Origin: a virus
DNA: 64,000 bases
Virus record (IMG/VR): IMGVR_UViG_3300032677_000006
Reading direction: 5' to 3' (one strand)
Below are positions 54,501-62,515 of this stretch, one piece after another; within the stretch, counting starts at the first letter, position 1; every line of letters begins with the position of its first letter. The translations under genes and the position numbers were made by a program. Below the pieces are notes generated by a model. The model was not told the DNA's origin. It ran no database searches and saw only the letters and a program-made list of their open reading frames with translations.

Positions 54501-55040
54501 GGTCATGGCCAGCCAGCGCACCTCCTCGGGGCGCACTCCGGTTTTGGCCACGTTGTCCTCGATAATCTCCTTCAGCCGCTTGGCCGCGCCGCTGGTGGCG
54601 ATCTCGCCCCGGTCGTCCTCACCAAAGCCGACGCCGTCCATGATCACAGTGACCAGGGGCTTGAAGGTGCCGGAGCTGGGCAGGAACGGGTGGCGGCAGC
54701 CCTGGCTGCACAGGTCGCAATGTATACAAATAGGCGACTGGGGGCCGGGGCGCAGCCGCAGCTGCGGCAGCGGCTGGTCCGGGTCAAACTGGGTGAGCAG
54801 CGCCTGGGTGCTCTTTTTCAAGCCGGGCAGCTCCACCCTTTTCTCGCCGTGCCAGTACACCAGCACGTCCAGGTCGAACTTGCTCAGCCCGTATTCCTTG
54901 GCGCTGGCGAAGCCCTTGTCATTGGCGTACAGCGGCTTGCCGTCCAGGTCGCGAAATATCCGCAGCTTGCGCGGCTTCGCGGGCTTGCGCTCCGGTTTGG
55001 TTTCGACGGCATCGGTCTGCTGTTCTATCTCGCGTGACAT
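51594..55040 (-). CDS. polA: family A DNA polymerase with N-terminal UDG-like domain and 3'-5' exonuclease
   Basis: YDTETTG, GHNITFD, TRGGRLSCKDPNLQQLP, DLSQIELR, RNIAKTCNF, NHLIQS, TVHDS; N-terminal CIHCDL...TRC...WC...IIPVG...QHP. Confidence 0.95.
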   Translation of the reverse strand: MSREIEQQTDAVETKPERKPAKPRKLRIFRDLDGKPLYANDKGFASAKEYGLSKFDLDVLVYWHGEKRVELPGLKKSTQALLTQFDPDQPLPQLRLRPGPQSPICIHCDLCSQGCRHPFLPSSGTFKPLVTVIMDGVGFGEDDRGEIATSGAAKRLKEIIEDNVAKTGVRPEEVRWLAMTRCSNRGSKKINVKSRGQWCRYHVIDDLIRYRPQLIIPVGSNTLGLMSHKSNAQEWSGRLLTYRGWPDDFLTDPRYALPRPDPRDPAKTVVGHPIFGQIPDWRVPMVPIQHPKLVYKDQNPLLNKQYRNSIIRALTMAREGVEEPNYLRPWYRFTDDPAVVEAGLDEILKHPGMLVCYDTETTGLRPWETVWRKINVPDFALGAVPESRKMVLERGNARIVSMMFRWLDPETSEPRSLGFPWDTDRWEMHKHMDRLRKPLWKVLTQSTLIGHNITFDMLFSWATLNPEYTSGAKSGYGNRKINMERDRVMRALADACRYDTWHMAFAHKQERGSLGLEVLAYKEVPDLAGYEEDMTLMIDLHGEDMNPADGQGGHYLNCPKDKTDSHLVPYIMGDVEVAYRAYERLKEKLEISQRYEIPIADPEALGRFRYYQPQDRNWVYENIMSPAARVLMKMMARGLYIDQEALAEFSNIMPKQIAEERENLAKISEAIRTYCSDKRNDDPSWNLDLENKTQLKELLFDRLRLPVLRLTKQGRLYYATTYGTDNVDAIKQRMFNSHALSTVSPSERDHYVNQALVPYAAVDKFTLNKLTVQFEHLRPLRNYRKLFKLYSTYIRPLQNIKTEVDKKARKADAHLCFDGCIHASFLMTGTRGGRLSCKDPNLQQLPRDGVVKALFTSRFGARGCVFNADLSQIELRLLAAISGDPTMVKAYHDNVDLHTLTASRIFEMQYDEFSKEHMKKLQDSGKDDIAKELDTKRNIAKTCNFLTGYGGGAFGLQNVLAMKDIDKPLEECEQIIELFFDSYPSVRRLLSNYKSFIEKEALAVSMFGRVRLFDEIRGEDREARSKALRAGCNHLIQSTASDMMLTALFCIEQLMRDAGLESLLVSTVHDSLLIDTVRAELPQVYQIVTDVLNNFPTVFDQLFGSEFDQSWMILPFTGDAEIGIDYLKMKKVQGDNPDWDKLLSPAAH

Positions 55041-55054
55041 CGCCACTAAAGAAC

Positions 55055-56167
55055 ATGACCGAGCTGGAGCGTACGCCGATCACTGCGCCGCTGCCCTGCT
55101 TTGGCCTGGAGCACGATCCGCTAGACCCGATCTGTCGCAACTGCACGCACGAGCCGGAATGTCTGAAATACATGGGCAGCCGGGCCAGCAAGCTGCCGCT
55201 GGACCGTATACGCTTCAACATCCTGCCCGAGGCCATGGCCAAGCGCGAAGCCGCGCGGGAGCTGACCGCCATCGACCCCGAGGCCCCCTACATGGAGCGG
55301 CTCTACGTGGACTGCTTCTTCAGCGTGTTCCTGCAAAAGCCCCAGGACAAGTCCGGCATCAGCCTGTACCGCAAGCAAATCCTGGCCAACGCGACCAAGT
55401 CCAACTGCTCGCTGCGCATGTTTTTCCTGGCCAACATGGTGGGCCACCAGGTGTCCGAGGAATCGGTGATCGACCACACCGACCGCGCCATCGCCCACAA
55501 GTTCAAGGTCAAGCACCTGACTTCCAAGCTGGCGGTCAGCCGCTGCGAAGCCTACGCCAAGCTCTGCCGCAAAAATTTCGGCACCTTCTCGTTGTCCTCT
55601 CTGTCTACATTGGCCGACACGGACTACGAGCGTTCCGAGGTGGAGAGTAACATGCTGACCAGCGAGGTGACGGCGGGCAGCTTCATCGTGGCCTACAAGA
55701 CCAGCCACGGCGGCCCGCCCTACGAGGCCCTGTACGCCCAGGAGGAGTTGCAGCTGGACCCCTACTGGCTGGCGCTCGAACCCACCTACCGCAGTTATCT
55801 CCTGCCTGACGGGGTCAAGCGCGAGGGCACCGAGGTTCAGCTACAGCACCGGTTCAGCGTCAACCAGGTACAGCGGCAGCTGGCGCGCAACCCGACCGAC
55901 TTTCGGCGGCTATGGGTGATGCGCCAGCGCATCATGCCCGAGGCGGTCAGCCGGGTGCTGGCCACCGCCCATTACCGGCCCGACGATTTTTTAATCGAGA
56001 ACCGGCCCGTCCTTAGCGCCCTGGAACTGTGGAACCAACTGGGCCGCGCCATCCAACATTACCAGTGCCACCAGTACCTGGAAGGTGAACCCAGCGTCTT
56101 CAGCCGCCCGGTAAGCCGCGCCGTAAACACCACGGCAAAACCTGACCTTTCGCAGTTTGACGTATAG
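55055..56167 (+). CDS. hypothetical protein with N-terminal Cys motif, upstream of helicase
   Basis: PCFGLEHDPLDPICRNCTHEPEC. Confidence 0.7.
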   Translation: MTELERTPITAPLPCFGLEHDPLDPICRNCTHEPECLKYMGSRASKLPLDRIRFNILPEAMAKREAARELTAIDPEAPYMERLYVDCFFSVFLQKPQDKSGISLYRKQILANATKSNCSLRMFFLANMVGHQVSEESVIDHTDRAIAHKFKVKHLTSKLAVSRCEAYAKLCRKNFGTFSLSSLSTLADTDYERSEVESNMLTSEVTAGSFIVAYKTSHGGPPYEALYAQEELQLDPYWLALEPTYRSYLLPDGVKREGTEVQLQHRFSVNQVQRQLARNPTDFRRLWVMRQRIMPEAVSRVLATAHYRPDDFLIENRPVLSALELWNQLGRAIQHYQCHQYLEGEPSVFSRPVSRAVNTTAKPDLSQFDV

Positions 56168-56200
56168 CGCGGGTGATGCTGTTCTAGCTAGCTCACGAAA

Positions 56201-57601
56201 ATGAACGTCGAAAGCTACAACTTCACGGACGATTTCCAGGACATGATCCTGGCCTGTCTAATCACGCATCCAGAGCAGTTTTTTGGCTTTGGCCAGGTGA
56301 TCCAGCCCGGTTTCTTCAACGGCCCGATTGCCGTGGAAGTGGTCCACCGGGTGGTGGAGTTTTACACCAAGTACGGCAAGTACCCGAACTTCTCCGTCCT
56401 GGGCAACCTCGCATTTCAGCACGCCGCCCGCCTGGACAAGTTGCACGCGGAGAGCGTGCTGAAATATGTCAACCAGCTCGCCAATGTAGACACGTCGGAC
56501 TGGAAGCCGGTCCTGGACCTGTGCATCGACTTCGCCAAGGAGCGCGCGGTCTTCGAGGGCCTGAAGGTGATCCACGAGCACCAGACCGCAGGCAAGATGG
56601 ACAAGATCAACGCCGTCGAGATGATGGAAAAGGCCCTGGCGTTGGGCACCAATTACAACGACATGGGCTGGTCGCTCTACCACGATTACGACAAGGCCAT
56701 CGACAAGGCGACCGAACGCAACTACGGCATCCACACCGGCTTCGCCCACCTGGACGCGATCTGGAAATTCGGCCTGGCCCCCGGCTGGCTGGTGGTGCCG
56801 CTGGCTCCGCCCAAGCGCTACAAATCGGCCTTTTGCATCAACCTGGCCATGAACATGTCCGGCCACGGCGGCGGCGACGTGCTCTACTACGCCTGCGAGA
56901 TCAGCCAGGAGCTGGCCATGATGCGCGCCATCTACAACATGAGCGGGTACACCCAGGAGCAAATCTGGGACGCGCCGGAAAAATACAAGCAGAAGGTGGC
57001 GGCGGCGCTGAAGATGAAAATGTTCAACAACGTCTGGTTCAAAGGGTTCGCCTCCAAGTCCGTCACCATTGGCGAGATCAAGAGCCACGCCAAGCAGGTC
57101 ATGTCCATCCACGGGCTGAAACCCAAAGCCATCATCGTGGACTACGCGGAAACCGTGAAGCCCATGGCGGTGCGCAAGGACACCCCGGACTGGCGGCAGC
57201 AGGCGGACATCTACGTTCAGGCGCGAGCCATGGCCTGCGAGCTGGAATGTTGCGTCATCATGCCCGACCGGTGCAACAAGGACACGGTGGACCAGAAAGT
57301 GCCGAGCATGAAGTCGTTCCAGGGATCGTTCGAGAAAGCCGGTGTCGTCGACATTGCCATCGGCCTGTGCTCCACGCCGGAGGAGCACTTGCACAACCGC
57401 ATCCGCTACTTCGTCTTTTTGAACCGGCACGGCCCCGACTCCCAGCACTTCGAGGGCAAGGTCGACCCCAAGCTGATGCGCATGACCATCGACAAAGTCA
57501 TCGAGTACAACCCGGAAGATTCCGAGAAGGAAAATCAAAAGTACCGGCGGAACATCAAGTCCCGCGCCTCCAAGGACTACGAGGCGGCGCAGGCTGACTG
57601 A
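56201..57601 (+). CDS. replicative helicase, DnaB/gp41-like
   Basis: IHTGFAHLD, LAPPKRYKS (variant Walker A), YYACEIS, IIVDYAE, GSFEKAGVVD, LNRHG. Confidence 0.85.
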   Translation: MNVESYNFTDDFQDMILACLITHPEQFFGFGQVIQPGFFNGPIAVEVVHRVVEFYTKYGKYPNFSVLGNLAFQHAARLDKLHAESVLKYVNQLANVDTSDWKPVLDLCIDFAKERAVFEGLKVIHEHQTAGKMDKINAVEMMEKALALGTNYNDMGWSLYHDYDKAIDKATERNYGIHTGFAHLDAIWKFGLAPGWLVVPLAPPKRYKSAFCINLAMNMSGHGGGDVLYYACEISQELAMMRAIYNMSGYTQEQIWDAPEKYKQKVAAALKMKMFNNVWFKGFASKSVTIGEIKSHAKQVMSIHGLKPKAIIVDYAETVKPMAVRKDTPDWRQQADIYVQARAMACELECCVIMPDRCNKDTVDQKVPSMKSFQGSFEKAGVVDIAIGLCSTPEEHLHNRIRYFVFLNRHGPDSQHFEGKVDPKLMRMTIDKVIEYNPEDSEKENQKYRRNIKSRASKDYEAAQAD

Positions 57602-58431
57602 ATGCGCACGTTGGCGCTGGGCACGTGCAACGGCCCGATCTCAAGGGCCGGTTTGCTTTCCAGCAGCGACCGCTGACACGGGTAGGCGTTGGTGCCTAGT
57701 TCGCGCACCAAGTCAGCGCCCAGTTCCACCGCCATTTCCACTTCGGAAATTTTGATGAACTCGTTGGGCATGTGCCAGTTGTAGTAACCGCTCGACAGGT
57801 TCAAACAGGAGATGGGAAAGCGCTGCCGCACCATCTTGACGTCCGTATACGGATGGTTCTGCCAGAGCACGGAACCGTGCTTTTGCAACACCGGTAGCGC
57901 CTGGCTGATAAAAGGTGCGTCATCCTCGAACAAGCGGGTGCCGCCGCAGCTATACGACACCATGTTGCGGCTGGGGCAGTCGAACTCGATCATGTACCCG
58001 ATCTTGCTGAAGAAATCCGCGTCCGCCTTTTGCGCGCCCTGCATGCCGACCTCTTCGCCGCTGAACAGGGCTAAGGCTATGTTGTCAAACCGGTCCAGCA
58101 GCTCCAGGCAGACCTGGATGCCCGTCTTGTCGTCCGCGCCCAGCCCGGCGGAGATGCCGTCGTAAATGCTGCCGTGAATCACGTTGCCGTTTTCAACGAC
58201 CTGAATCACACCTTCAGCCCAGATGGGTTGCACGGTGTCGATATGCGCCGCCACACAGGGTAATGGCTGGCAGGTCATGCCCTTGATGACCAGCACGTTG
58301 TTGTGCCGGTCCGCGACCGCATGCACGTTAGGCCGTGACTGGAAGTGGTTCAGCAGGTAGGCCACCATGGCTTCTTCCCGGCCCGAACAGGTGGGCACGG
58401 CCAGCAGTTTTTTGAATTTGTCTACGTTCAT
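57577..58431 (-). CDS. M20/M28-family Zn peptidase
   Basis: AHIDTV, GADDKTG, GEEVG, GYYNWH; promoter TTGACT-N17-TAAGGT at 58438-58466. Confidence 0.9.
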   Translation of the reverse strand: MNVDKFKKLLAVPTCSGREEAMVAYLLNHFQSRPNVHAVADRHNNVLVIKGMTCQPLPCVAAHIDTVQPIWAEGVIQVVENGNVIHGSIYDGISAGLGADDKTGIQVCLELLDRFDNIALALFSGEEVGMQGAQKADADFFSKIGYMIEFDCPSRNMVSYSCGGTRLFEDDAPFISQALPVLQKHGSVLWQNHPYTDVKMVRQRFPISCLNLSSGYYNWHMPNEFIKISEVEMAVELGADLVRELGTNAYPCQRSLLESKPALEIGPLHVPSANVRIQSACAAS

Positions 58432-58501
58432 GCCAGGACCTTAGTCCGGGACCGGCCCGTAGTCAACATAAAATTTTAATAAAGGTTCTGTTCTTCTCAC
58501 C

Positions 58502-59095
58502 ATGTATTCGCAAAACAACGAAGAGGCCGTCATCGGCAAGCATTTCAGCGGCTTCGTGGGCCGCTTCCTGGAGATCGGCGCGCATGACGGCAAAACCTTC
58601 AGCAACACGCTCCGCCTGGTGGAGCAGGGCTGGAGCGGCGTTTGCGTCGAGGCCAGCCCGGTGGTGTTTCCGAAGCTGCTGGAACTGCACCGGCACAACT
58701 CCAAGATCGCGCTGGTCAACGCACCCGTCAGCGCCGGTCCCAGCCAGCTGGTCACCTGGTACGACAGCAACGGCGACGGCGTGTCCTCCACCAGCCTGGA
58801 CCATGTAAAGCGCTGGGAGTCCGGCTCCGGCGTGCGCTTCACCCCGTTCAGTGTTTACACCATGCCGCTGCAAGCCCTGCTGGACGCCTACGGCTACGAC
58901 TTTAATTTTGTAAACATCGACGTGGAAAGCACCAACCTCGACCTCTTCAACGCCATGCCATGGCCCCTGTTGAAGCAGTTGAAGCTGGTCTGTGTCGAGC
59001 ACGACCGGAACGTCGAACACATGCTCAACGTGCTGAACCCTTATGACTTCCGCCTGGTCGACCTCAACGCGGAAAACCTGATCATGGCCCGTTGA
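58502..59095 (+). CDS. FkbM-family methyltransferase
   Basis: YSQNNEE, FLEIGAHDGKTFSNT, VNIDVES. Confidence 0.9.
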   Translation: MYSQNNEEAVIGKHFSGFVGRFLEIGAHDGKTFSNTLRLVEQGWSGVCVEASPVVFPKLLELHRHNSKIALVNAPVSAGPSQLVTWYDSNGDGVSSTSLDHVKRWESGSGVRFTPFSVYTMPLQALLDAYGYDFNFVNIDVESTNLDLFNAMPWPLLKQLKLVCVEHDRNVEHMLNVLNPYDFRLVDLNAENLIMAR

Positions 59096-59096
59096 T

Positions 59097-59792
59097 ATGG
59101 AAACCCCTGAAGCTTCCGCCAATGTTCCACATGGAACTGACGCGCCCGCGTACGACTCGCTGGAAAAAGCCTATCTGCTGATCCACGGGCACCTGAGCAA
59201 CATCCAAAATCCGGTCATCTTTGAGCTGGGCATGTGCGACGGTTACCACACCAAAATGCTGCTGTCCATGTGCCGCAGCCAGCCGCGCTACTTCGGGTTT
59301 GAGCCGGACCCGCGCAACCTGAACAAGATCACCGGCCAGCGGCTGGACCAGTACATCACATTTACCGCCGCTGCGGTCGGCAACGTCACCGGGACCGTTC
59401 CCTTTCACTTGTCTACGCCGGAACCGGGCGGAGCCACCGGCAGTTCTTCGCTCAGCGAGTTCACGCCGGTGCTGACGGAAAACTGGCCCTGGCTCAAGGA
59501 GCAGGCTCAAGTGCCGGTGGCTTGTTGGCGCATGGACGACTTCTGCGCGCTCCATCAGCTCGACCACATCGACTTCATCTGGATGGACGTCCAAGGGGCG
59601 GAACGCCTGGTCTTTGAGGGCGCGCAGAAAATGCTGCCCAAGACCAAGCTGCTATGGACGGAGTACGACAGCGGCACGTTTTACAAAGATTCCAGCGCCC
59701 TGGTTGACATCCTCAAAGCGCTGCCAGGCTGGAAGCTGCTGGCCAACTGCGGCGGTGACGCCCTCCTGGCCAACCACGATCAGAAGTTGTAG
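59097..59792 (+). CDS. FkbM-family methyltransferase
   Basis: IFELG, GFEPDP, IDFIWMDVQGAE. Confidence 0.9.
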   Translation: METPEASANVPHGTDAPAYDSLEKAYLLIHGHLSNIQNPVIFELGMCDGYHTKMLLSMCRSQPRYFGFEPDPRNLNKITGQRLDQYITFTAAAVGNVTGTVPFHLSTPEPGGATGSSSLSEFTPVLTENWPWLKEQAQVPVACWRMDDFCALHQLDHIDFIWMDVQGAERLVFEGAQKMLPKTKLLWTEYDSGTFYKDSSALVDILKALPGWKLLANCGGDALLANHDQKL

Positions 59793-60094
59793 GGACAAAG
59801 GCGCTTGAGTCGCTTAAGCGCCCGCGCCGCACCGGGAGCGCTGCGTCGTTCAATCGCCCGCCACATGATCGCCTGGGCGACTGAACTTTCGTCGTAGTCT
59901 CCCTCTTTCAACAGCGTGGCCAGCGTGCCGTCCTTTTCCAGCGAGAGATAAAGCTGCCGGGCGTCGCGCATTATGTCGGCAATGCCTTTGTCGAAGGCCA
60001 TTGTCTGCGTGTAGCGCGCCGCCTCCCGCGTCGGATCAATGTCATCCGGGTTGGCGGCTTCCAGCAGGGCGGCTACGGTTTGTTTGGCGTTCAT
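59780..60094 (-). CDS. LLE-motif hypothetical protein
   Basis: MNAKQTVAALLEAANPDDIDP. Confidence 0.65.
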   Translation of the reverse strand: MNAKQTVAALLEAANPDDIDPTREAARYTQTMAFDKGIADIMRDARQLYLSLEKDGTLATLLKEGDYDESSVAQAIMWRAIERRSAPGAARALKRLKRLCPYNF

Positions 60095-62472
60095 CAGTCA
60101 AGTTGATTGTTCAGCACCACAGTCCCGAGGCGCAGCAGTTCGTAGTCAGCCGCCGTGACCAGGTTGTCGGTATTGGCGGGCGTATCCAGCGCCACCCGGT
60201 TCACAGAAGTCACGCCGGGAATGCTGGCCACCATGTCGCTGACGCTGACCACCGAGGCTGAAATGCCCGTCGCGCGGGCCGCGTAGATGGAGCTGCCCAC
60301 ACCGAAACCCTGGCCCCAGGACAAGAGCGCTGACCGAATCTGGCGGCGAGCGGCCTGAGACAGATCGCCCTGGTAGCCGATGTACAGGTTGACCACCCGC
60401 TCCGCCGAATAGCCCACCGCCGTCACCAGCTCCATGGTCAGGTCGCCCGGCGCACCCAGCACGTAGAAAGTAGCCTGGCCGGTCAGTAGGTTGATCGTGG
60501 ACGGGTAGCTGTCGTCCGTGCTGATGTTGGCCCCCACCACCCGCGCCTGTTGCACCTGGACCCGCCCGCTGGAATCCTGCGACAGGAAGGGCAGCAGGGA
60601 CAGACTGTTCACGCCCAGCATGAGCGTCAGCGACCACGGCTGCAACGGATACATGGGTAGCTGTACACTGTACTGACTGGCTGCTCCGTCCGCCGCCGTC
60701 ACGGCTCCGGCACTGCTGGTGTCCAGCGTATACACGTACGTGTCGTCGGGCACCGTAAACAGCTCCGTGGCGTCTGCGGGGTACAGGTTATTGATCGGCG
60801 TGGCCATCACCAGGTTGTCCACCCCGGCAGTGTTAACCAGGGCGGAGACCAGGTCCGAATAAATCACAGGATCGCCCGGGCGCAACGCCGTGATCTGGCT
60901 GGCAATGGTCTGGACCACCAGGCTCTTGATGTCCGAAATGCTGAAGCCGGGCAGCACGGCGAACTGCAAGCTGATCGGCACGGGCCTGGAAGTCCCGTCC
61001 AGCATCTGCACGTAGTCCGTGCCCACGGCTTTGGTCTGCATGTAATCGCGCACCGCCCCTTTGAGCTGGCCGCCTAGCGGAATCAAGCCGCCGCCCGGGC
61101 CGGTGGTCCAGGCATAGATCGAAACGATGTTGCCCTCCAGGAGCGCGTTTTCCGTCCGCACAGTCGACCGCGCGTAGGCCACCGACCCGTACTGAGCGTT
61201 GCTGTACTGCTGTGCGATGGTCTGGTAGTCGTCCAGCGTCACGGCCCGGTCGTTGGTCCGGGTGTAGTAGGGGATGTTCACCCGAGCCTGGTTCAAAGTC
61301 TCAGCGTCCTGGCCGCCCTGGCCGACCGAGGTTGTGTTGGTCACTTGCACGGTGATCGGGCTGGAAATCGTTTCCACCAGCCCGGTGATTGTGGTGCTGA
61401 TAGTGTTCAAACCGATGTTTCCGGCGGAGCCGCCACCCACCCGGTACGTTACGCTGATGGCCGCCTCGGACGGCACCAACGCGCCGAAGATGCCGTCGCC
61501 AAATTGCACGGAAGTGTCGCCCGTGACATAGGTCTTGGCCTGGAACACGGTCGCCAGGTCGTTCAAAATTCCAATGGTGGGAGCCTGCGTCCACGGCTCG
61601 CCGTTAACCGTCACCTGGATGCTGCCGAAAATCACCGGCGTCTGGCTGAGCATGACCGAGTAGCCGGTTGTGTTGATCGGCGCGACAAACTGGTCCGTCA
61701 CGGTTTGTCCCTGAATCACTTGTATCCGACGTTCGTATACATTAACCTGGTAGCGCCCGGTGGTTCCAGCCCAGGGGGTGTTCAGGACAATTTGACTGTA
61801 CGCCGACACCGCCCCCGGGGCCGCGTTCAGGTTGGTGATATTGTAGTAGTTGCTCTCCACCGTGTCGTCGACCCCGATCTGGATCAGGTCCTGGCCGACG
61901 CTGAGGTACGCCGACAGGTCGATGGTGGAGTCCACCGGCGTCGCCAGGGACGACCCGTTGGTCAGCACCATGAAGGTGTTGATCACGTTGGTGCCGCTCA
62001 GGATCGGCGAAAACACCGCCACCAGGGTCCGGGGCGTGACGTAGCCGTGCATGATCGTGTAGTCTTGCACCACCTCGTAAGGCAGCGCGCTGGTGTCGGA
62101 GCTGCGGATCAAGGTGCCCTGGGCGATGACCACGTCAGGGCCGGTGCTGCGGTCGAACGCCGTGCTGATGGCGGCTTCGCAGGAGAGGGTGGCCGGAACC
62201 GGCCCGCGCAGCTCGTAGCCCGTCAGCGCGCCCACGCGAACGGCGGACTCCCGCAGCGTCATGGTCGGGATGAAATTTTCACCCGCCACCCGGTTGACGG
62301 TGAAAGCCAGCGTCGCCAGCGCCCAGGCGACAATGTCTACAAGAACAATGCCAAAACTATTGGCCAGGAAATCGTTCCAGCGCTGGGGCCAGCGGTCGCG
62401 AATGCGTTGTAGCATCGCGTCTTTCTGGCTCTGGTAGTCGAGTTTAAGATACTGGAGCGTTTGGCTCGCCAT
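60094..62472 (-). CDS. baseplate wedge protein (T4 gp6 / baseplate J-like)
   Basis: WNDFLANSFG, VQFGDGIFG, YRVGGGSAGN, GGQDAET, RAVTLDDY. Confidence 0.9.
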   Translation of the reverse strand: MASQTLQYLKLDYQSQKDAMLQRIRDRWPQRWNDFLANSFGIVLVDIVAWALATLAFTVNRVAGENFIPTMTLRESAVRVGALTGYELRGPVPATLSCEAAISTAFDRSTGPDVVIAQGTLIRSSDTSALPYEVVQDYTIMHGYVTPRTLVAVFSPILSGTNVINTFMVLTNGSSLATPVDSTIDLSAYLSVGQDLIQIGVDDTVESNYYNITNLNAAPGAVSAYSQIVLNTPWAGTTGRYQVNVYERRIQVIQGQTVTDQFVAPINTTGYSVMLSQTPVIFGSIQVTVNGEPWTQAPTIGILNDLATVFQAKTYVTGDTSVQFGDGIFGALVPSEAAISVTYRVGGGSAGNIGLNTISTTITGLVETISSPITVQVTNTTSVGQGGQDAETLNQARVNIPYYTRTNDRAVTLDDYQTIAQQYSNAQYGSVAYARSTVRTENALLEGNIVSIYAWTTGPGGGLIPLGGQLKGAVRDYMQTKAVGTDYVQMLDGTSRPVPISLQFAVLPGFSISDIKSLVVQTIASQITALRPGDPVIYSDLVSALVNTAGVDNLVMATPINNLYPADATELFTVPDDTYVYTLDTSSAGAVTAADGAASQYSVQLPMYPLQPWSLTLMLGVNSLSLLPFLSQDSSGRVQVQQARVVGANISTDDSYPSTINLLTGQATFYVLGAPGDLTMELVTAVGYSAERVVNLYIGYQGDLSQAARRQIRSALLSWGQGFGVGSSIYAARATGISASVVSVSDMVASIPGVTSVNRVALDTPANTDNLVTAADYELLRLGTVVLNNQLD

Positions 62473-62515
62473 AATGACCTAACTACGGACGGCGAATACC
62501 GTTCTAAATTCACGC

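Noticed and set aside
51834-55037. 1067-aa plus-strand ORF, and similar antisense ORFs at 2593-3948, 32753-34510 and 56258-57538
   Set aside because: Shadow frames of GC3-rich genes that have clear motifs on the opposite strand
51594-55040. Intein or intron in the long polymerase
   Set aside because: The frame is continuous, no intein-like junction was seen, and the extra length is explained by the UDG-like domain
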